From a virus (lineage: Duplodnaviria > Heunggongvirae > Uroviricota > Caudoviricetes): a stretch of DNA of 10,752 bases. Location: IMG/VR virus record IMGVR_UViG_2695420889_000008; one strand, written 5' to 3'. Of this stretch, positions 7,665-10,752 are shown one piece after another. The notes below the pieces were generated by a model, which saw only the letters and a program-made list of their open reading frames with translations, was not told where the DNA came from and ran no database searches. Within the stretch, counting starts at the first letter, position 1. Each line of letters begins with the position of its first letter. A program made the position numbers and the translations under genes.

Positions 7665-7731
7665 TGTACCTCCAATATACATATTACATGATTAATATGA
7701 ACCTTCAAGATACTTGTACCTTATCGGTACA
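7665..7731. promoter_or_regulatory. OR-like operator region between the divergent Cro-like and CI-like genes
   Basis: Two 17-bp sites: TGTACC-tccaa-TATACA (7665-7681) and TGTACC-ttatc-GGTACA (7715-7731). Candidate leaderless PRM: TTGTAC (7714-7719), 17-bp spacer, TTTAAT (7737-7742), start near the cI ATG at 7749. Candidate PR on the minus strand: TTGAAG (7703-7708) and TAATAT (7681-7686). Confidence 0.5.
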
Positions 7732-7748
7732 AAGGTTTTAATTTCTTT

Positions 7749-8423
7749 ATGAAAACAGTCCATGACATCCGGCGGTCTAACGCCAGAAAACTGAGAGATG
7801 GTGTTGGCGGGAATTCTTCCTTTGCCACCATGATTGATCGCGAGCCAACCCAGACCAGCAGGTTTATGGGAGATGGTGCTACTAAAAATATCGGTGACAG
7901 CATGGCACGGCACATCGAAAAATGTTTCGACCTGCCTGTCGGATGGCTTGATCAAGAACACCAGACCACGAACATCACAAAAAAACCTGATGTTTCAATC
8001 ACTAACAAACAAATAACGTTAGTCCCTGTCATATCATGGGTACAGGCCGGAGCATGGAAAGAAGTTGGCTATTCTGAGGTTGATTTGAGCACAGCAGAAA
8101 CTTATCCCTGCCCTGTACCCTGTGGCGAAATGACTTATATCTTGCGGGTGATTGGTGATTCAATGATTGATGAGTACCGCCCGGGAGACATGATTTTTGT
8201 TGATCCCGAAGTCCCTGCCTGCCACGGTGACGACGTTATTGCATTGATGCACGATACAGGCGAAACCACCTTCAAGCGATTGATAGAAGATGGAACACAG
8301 CGTTATCTCAAAGCATTAAACCCAAACTGGCCTGAGCCTTACATTAAGATTAACGGTAATTGCTCTATAATTGGTACAGTAATTTTCTCAGGAAAACCAA
8401 GAAGATACAAAATAAAGGCCTAA
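7749..8423 (+). CDS. CI/DicA-type prophage repressor with LexA-like S24 autopeptidase domain
   Basis: 224-aa ORF. C-terminal domain has the S24 motifs GDSM (catalytic Ser), GDMIFVD and TFKRL (catalytic Lys). N-terminal domain ends in the VGWLD motif typical of C2/CI-type DNA-binding domains. Confidence 0.85.
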   Translation: MKTVHDIRRSNARKLRDGVGGNSSFATMIDREPTQTSRFMGDGATKNIGDSMARHIEKCFDLPVGWLDQEHQTTNITKKPDVSITNKQITLVPVISWVQAGAWKEVGYSEVDLSTAETYPCPVPCGEMTYILRVIGDSMIDEYRPGDMIFVDPEVPACHGDDVIALMHDTGETTFKRLIEDGTQRYLKALNPNWPEPYIKINGNCSIIGTVIFSGKPRRYKIKA

Positions 8424-8434
8424 TCAATATTTAT

Positions 8435-8457
8435 AACCTGCTTCGGCAGGTTTTTTT
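8435..8457 (+). terminator. Rho-independent terminator after the repressor gene
   Basis: AACCTGC-ttcg-GCAGGTT hairpin followed by T7, 12 nt after the cI stop. Confidence 0.75.
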
Positions 8458-8461
8458 ATAC

Positions 8462-8494
8462 TTGACAATGTACCCACAAGATACATAATGTATC
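8462..8494 (+). promoter_or_regulatory. PL/PdicB-like repressor-controlled promoter with embedded operator
   Basis: -35 TTGACA (8462-8467), 16-bp spacer, -10 CATAAT (8484-8489). Operator-like TGTACC-cacaa-GATACA (8469-8485) fills the spacer; the 15-bp perfect palindrome GATACATAATGTATC (8480-8494) overlaps the -10. Confidence 0.6.
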
Positions 8495-8892
8495 TAAAAG
8501 AAACATGCCGCAGGCAAGATTAAACAAAATTTGGTTGTAACACGGCGTATGGCACATGCGTCGTTAGCGGTCTGGGGACGTTAAAGGGGACAATCCACTC
8601 CTTGCTCGGGCAAAAAAACCAGGTAGCCGGAATGTGCAAGTCAATGATGATGCTGATAAGACGCCTAACCAGCGCGGCGATCCGGTTTGACGCCTGGGAA
8701 GAGACCAGGGTGCAACGATGAGGGCATTTATGGAACCGCGACAAAGTGTGGTGCCGTAACTGGCTAAGTGCTCTCAGCGTTGTGGTAATCCGCGAAATGG
8801 CGCGGCGGTAAGTATGGCGGGGTTACTCTTTCCCCGTTGAGGACACCGGATTGTCAGGTTGACCATACGCCTGAGTGACAACCCCACCACAA

Positions 8893-8952
8893 CAGCCACT
8901 GCTTTGGCGGTACCAGTTTGTACACTTGCTTCCGGCTGGTACCGCTCTTTTT
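8893..8952 (+). ncRNA. dicF: DicF-like small RNA with intrinsic terminator (tentative)
   Basis: TTTGGCGGTACCAGTTTGTAC matches the remembered E. coli Qin DicF core GTTTGGCGGTATCAGTTTTAC at 19 of 22 positions. It sits in an 11-bp-stem hairpin (GGCGGTACCAG 8906-8916 / CTGGTACCGCT 8936-8946) followed by TCTTTTT. Context matches dicA - promoter - leader - dicF. Compared from memory, not by search. Confidence 0.45.
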
Positions 8953-9041
8953 ACAAAACAGAGAAGAGCATCACCGGACGACGGGCTCATAACCCAATCC
9001 AGCCGGGCGGCTGCCACCGCAGGTGTTCTTCTCTGTTTTGT
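8953..9041 (+). other. Large RNA hairpin (17-bp stem) in the leader just upstream of the first left-operon gene
   Basis: ACAAAACAGAGAAGAGC (8953-8969) pairs with GTTCTTCTCTGTTTTGT (9025-9041) with one G-U wobble. The 55-nt loop holds two small hairpins (CAGCC-gggc-GGCTG, CACC-gca-GGTG). Candidate RNase III or regulatory element. Confidence 0.45.
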
Positions 9042-9089
9042 GGAGAAACCAACCGACCTTGCAGGGTCGATATGATGAGGAGCAGCAAA

Positions 9090-9452
9090 ATGGCTAGCGA
9101 ACGCAGTACTGATGTGCAGGCATTTATCGGGGAGCTGGACGGCGGCGTATTTGAAACCAAAATCGGCGCTGTTCTCAGTGAAGTCGCTTCCGGTGTGATG
9201 AACACGAAAACCAAAGGTAAGGTCTCGCTCAACCTGGAAATCGAACCGTTTGATGAGAACCGTGTGAAAATCAAACACAAACTCTCATATGTTCGCCCGA
9301 CTAACCGCGGGAAAATTTCCGAAGAAGACACCACCGAAACGCCGATGTATGTCAATCGCGGTGGTCGCCTGACTATTCTGCAGGAAGACCAGGGACAATT
9401 ACTGACTCTTGCCGGTGAACCTGACGGAAAACTCCGCGCAGCAGGTAATTAA
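9090..9452 (+). CDS. Hypothetical 120-aa early left-operon protein (YfdP-like by recollection)
   Basis: ORF starting MASERSTDVQAF with GAGGAG Shine-Dalgarno 7 nt upstream; in-frame ATGs at 9072 and 9075 lack a Shine-Dalgarno. Function unknown. Confidence 0.6.
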   Translation: MASERSTDVQAFIGELDGGVFETKIGAVLSEVASGVMNTKTKGKVSLNLEIEPFDENRVKIKHKLSYVRPTNRGKISEEDTTETPMYVNRGGRLTILQEDQGQLLTLAGEPDGKLRAAGN

Positions 9453-9517
9453 TATCGTTCTTAATTAACCGATTATTTATCTCATCACTGAATATCTTTA
9501 TATAGTGAGGACTTATT

Positions 9518-10342
9518 ATGTCTCAGAACTTAGACGCAACCGCAATTAATCAAATTCATGCCCTTATTTCTGCTCAGGGTGTTAATGAAATTATCAGTAA
9601 GATTGGTGCCGATGCTGTGGCATTGCCTGAGAATTTCCGCATTCATGATCTGGAAAAATTTAATTTAAATCGCTTCCGTTTCCGTGGTGCACTTTCGACT
9701 GCCAGCATCGATGATTTTACCCGTTATTCTAAAGATCTTGCAGATGAAGGCACCCGCTGCTTTATCGACGCCGATAATATGCGTGCCGTCAGTGTACTTA
9801 ACCTGGGTACTATCGATGAACCAGGTCACGCAGATAACACCGCCACTCTCAAACTGAAAAAGACAGCACCGTTCTCTGCCCTGTTGTCTGTTAACGGCGA
9901 GCGTAACTCCCAGAAGTCACTGGCAGAATGGATTGAAGACTGGGCCGACTACCTTGTGGGCTTTGATGCTAATGGTGACGCCATTCAGGCAACAAAAGCG
10001 GCTGCGGCTGTCCGTAAAATCACGATTGAAGCAAACCAGACCGCTGATTTTGAAGATAATGACTTCAGCGGCAAACGCTCCCTGATGGAGTCTGTCGAAG
10101 CGAAGACCAAAGACATTATGCCAGTGGCATGTGAATTTAAATGCGTTCCGTTTGAAGGCCTGAAAGAACGTCCGTTTAAATTACGCCTCAGCATTATCAC
10201 TGGCGATCGTCCTGTACTGGTTCTGCGCATTATTCAGCTGGAAGCAGTGCAGGAAGAAATGGCTAACGAATTTCGTGATCTGCTTGTTGAGAAATTCAAA
10301 GACAGCAAAGTAGAAACTTTTATTGGTACTTTCACCGCCTGA
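9518..10342 (+). CDS. Hypothetical 274-aa protein (YfdQ-like, DUF2303-type by recollection)
   Basis: Clean ORF with GAGGA Shine-Dalgarno 8 nt upstream, AT-richer than the flanking DNA, followed by a hairpin. Family name is from memory only. Confidence 0.65.
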   Translation: MSQNLDATAINQIHALISAQGVNEIISKIGADAVALPENFRIHDLEKFNLNRFRFRGALSTASIDDFTRYSKDLADEGTRCFIDADNMRAVSVLNLGTIDEPGHADNTATLKLKKTAPFSALLSVNGERNSQKSLAEWIEDWADYLVGFDANGDAIQATKAAAAVRKITIEANQTADFEDNDFSGKRSLMESVEAKTKDIMPVACEFKCVPFEGLKERPFKLRLSIITGDRPVLVLRIIQLEAVQEEMANEFRDLLVEKFKDSKVETFIGTFTA

Positions 10343-10354
10343 TTTCATTACTGC

Positions 10355-10380
10355 AAATGCCCCTGCGGGGGCATTTATGG
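10355..10380 (+). terminator. Terminator/attenuator-like hairpin after the 274-aa gene
   Basis: AAATGCCCC-tgcg-GGGGCATTT 9-bp GC-rich stem followed by a weak T-tract (TTTATGG). Confidence 0.4.
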
Positions 10381-10470
10381 AAACGTAATTAACTCAATAA
10401 TCGCCGGATGGTGCGGGATTCCTTTTACCCGAATTCAGCGCGGTGCAGCGCATATAAAGTGGAGAACGAA

Positions 10471-10626
10471 ATGTCATTTATTAAAACTTTTTCCGGGAAG
10501 CATTTTTATTATGACAAGATAAATAAAGATGACATCGTTATTAACGATATCGCGGTTTCCCTTTCAAATATGTGTCGCTTTGCCGGCCATCTTTCACACT
10601 TCTACAGCGTCGCCCAACATGCGGTG
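10471..10626 (+). pseudogene. HD-domain phosphohydrolase-like gene (YfdR-like), truncated after 52 codons by IS insertion
   Basis: GGAG Shine-Dalgarno then MSFIKTFSGKHFYYDKINKDDIVINDIAVSLSNMCRFAGHLSHFYSVAQHAV. Reading frame ends at TGA 10627-10629, which is the first triplet of the IS terminal repeat, before any HD motif. Confidence 0.55.
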
Positions 10627-10752
10627 TGAGGTGTACTGGCAATAGCGGACACTACCATTTGTTCTTTTTTTAAGCAGCCATCTGATGATATTTTTCCCTG
10701 AAGGCTGCCGGGGAGATATTCCCCAGACGAGAGTGACGACGCTGACGATTGT
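10627..10752 (-). mobile_element. IS3-family insertion sequence, terminal end, continuing beyond the window
   Basis: Terminal sequence TGAGGTGTACTGGCAATAGCGGACAC resembles the remembered IS3 inverted repeat TGATCTTACCCAGCAATAGTGGACAC (shared TGA...GCAATAG.GGACAC). Transposase stop lies 38 bp inside the end, as in IS3-family right ends. Confidence 0.65.
10670..10750 (-). CDS. IS3-family transposase OrfB, C-terminal fragment (partial)
   Basis: Minus-strand translation ...NRQRRHSRLGNISPAAFREKYHQMAA* has the RxHSxLGxxSPxxF-type C-terminal signature of IS3-family transposases. The 5' part is outside the window. Confidence 0.65.
   Translation of the reverse strand, partial: NRQRRHSRLGNISPAAFREKYHQMAA

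Noticed and set aside
7659-7682. Cro-like start at 7682 (MYIGGTYC...) as given by the ORF track
   Set aside because: No Shine-Dalgarno upstream, whereas the internal ATG at 7656-7658 has GGAGG and gives a 66-aa Cro-sized protein.
7692-7961. Minus-strand ORFs 7692-7961 and 7721-7915 overlapping the repressor gene
   Set aside because: Antisense to a repressor ORF with clear S24 motifs; no independent support.
8520-8744. 74-aa minus-strand ORF in the leader
   Set aside because: No Shine-Dalgarno, implausible composition, antisense to a promoter-driven structured region; likely chance ORF.
8944-8954. boxA-like sequence CGCTCTTTTTA, suggesting a nut site for N-type antitermination
   Set aside because: It is the 3' arm and U-tract of the 8906-8952 terminator hairpin, and there is no N-like ORF and no room for nutR between cro and the next gene.
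8500-9089. Retron msr/msd or other RT-associated ncRNA
   Set aside because: No reverse-transcriptase ORF anywhere in the window; the DicF-like terminator context fits better.

Overview
This window reads as the immunity and early-gene region of a lambdoid prophage in an enterobacterial (E. coli/Salmonella-like) genome. A CI-type S24-peptidase repressor (7749-8423, +) is divergent from a Cro-like gene (7458-7658, -), with repeated 17-bp TGTACC-N5-GRTACA operator-like sites between them and again in a consensus sigma70 promoter just downstream of the repressor terminator. The minus strand carries one long rightward early operon, mostly joined by 4-nt ATGA start/stop overlaps: Cro-like, CII-like, a Rha-domain ORF, a 74-aa ORF, an O-like replisome organiser with internal iterons, a PerC-like protein, a Dam-type N6-adenine methyltransferase, an orphan LexA DNA-binding-domain protein, RusA, a KilA-N protein, an HNH-like Cys/His-rich protein and a Q-like protein, followed by a candidate PR'-like promoter and terminator. 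The plus strand downstream of the repressor has a ~600-nt ORF-poor, hairpin-rich leader containing a DicF-like sRNA with intrinsic terminator, then a 120-aa gene, a 274-aa gene and an HD-hydrolase-like gene cut short at codon 52 where an IS3-family element begins. No rRNA, tRNA or CRISPR array was seen. All family assignments are from motifs read in the translations and from memory; no database search was run. The most promising candidate for something undescribed is the repressor-controlled left operon (diverged DicF-like sRNA plus uncharacterised cargo genes), with the orphan LexA-DBD/Dam/RusA cluster second.
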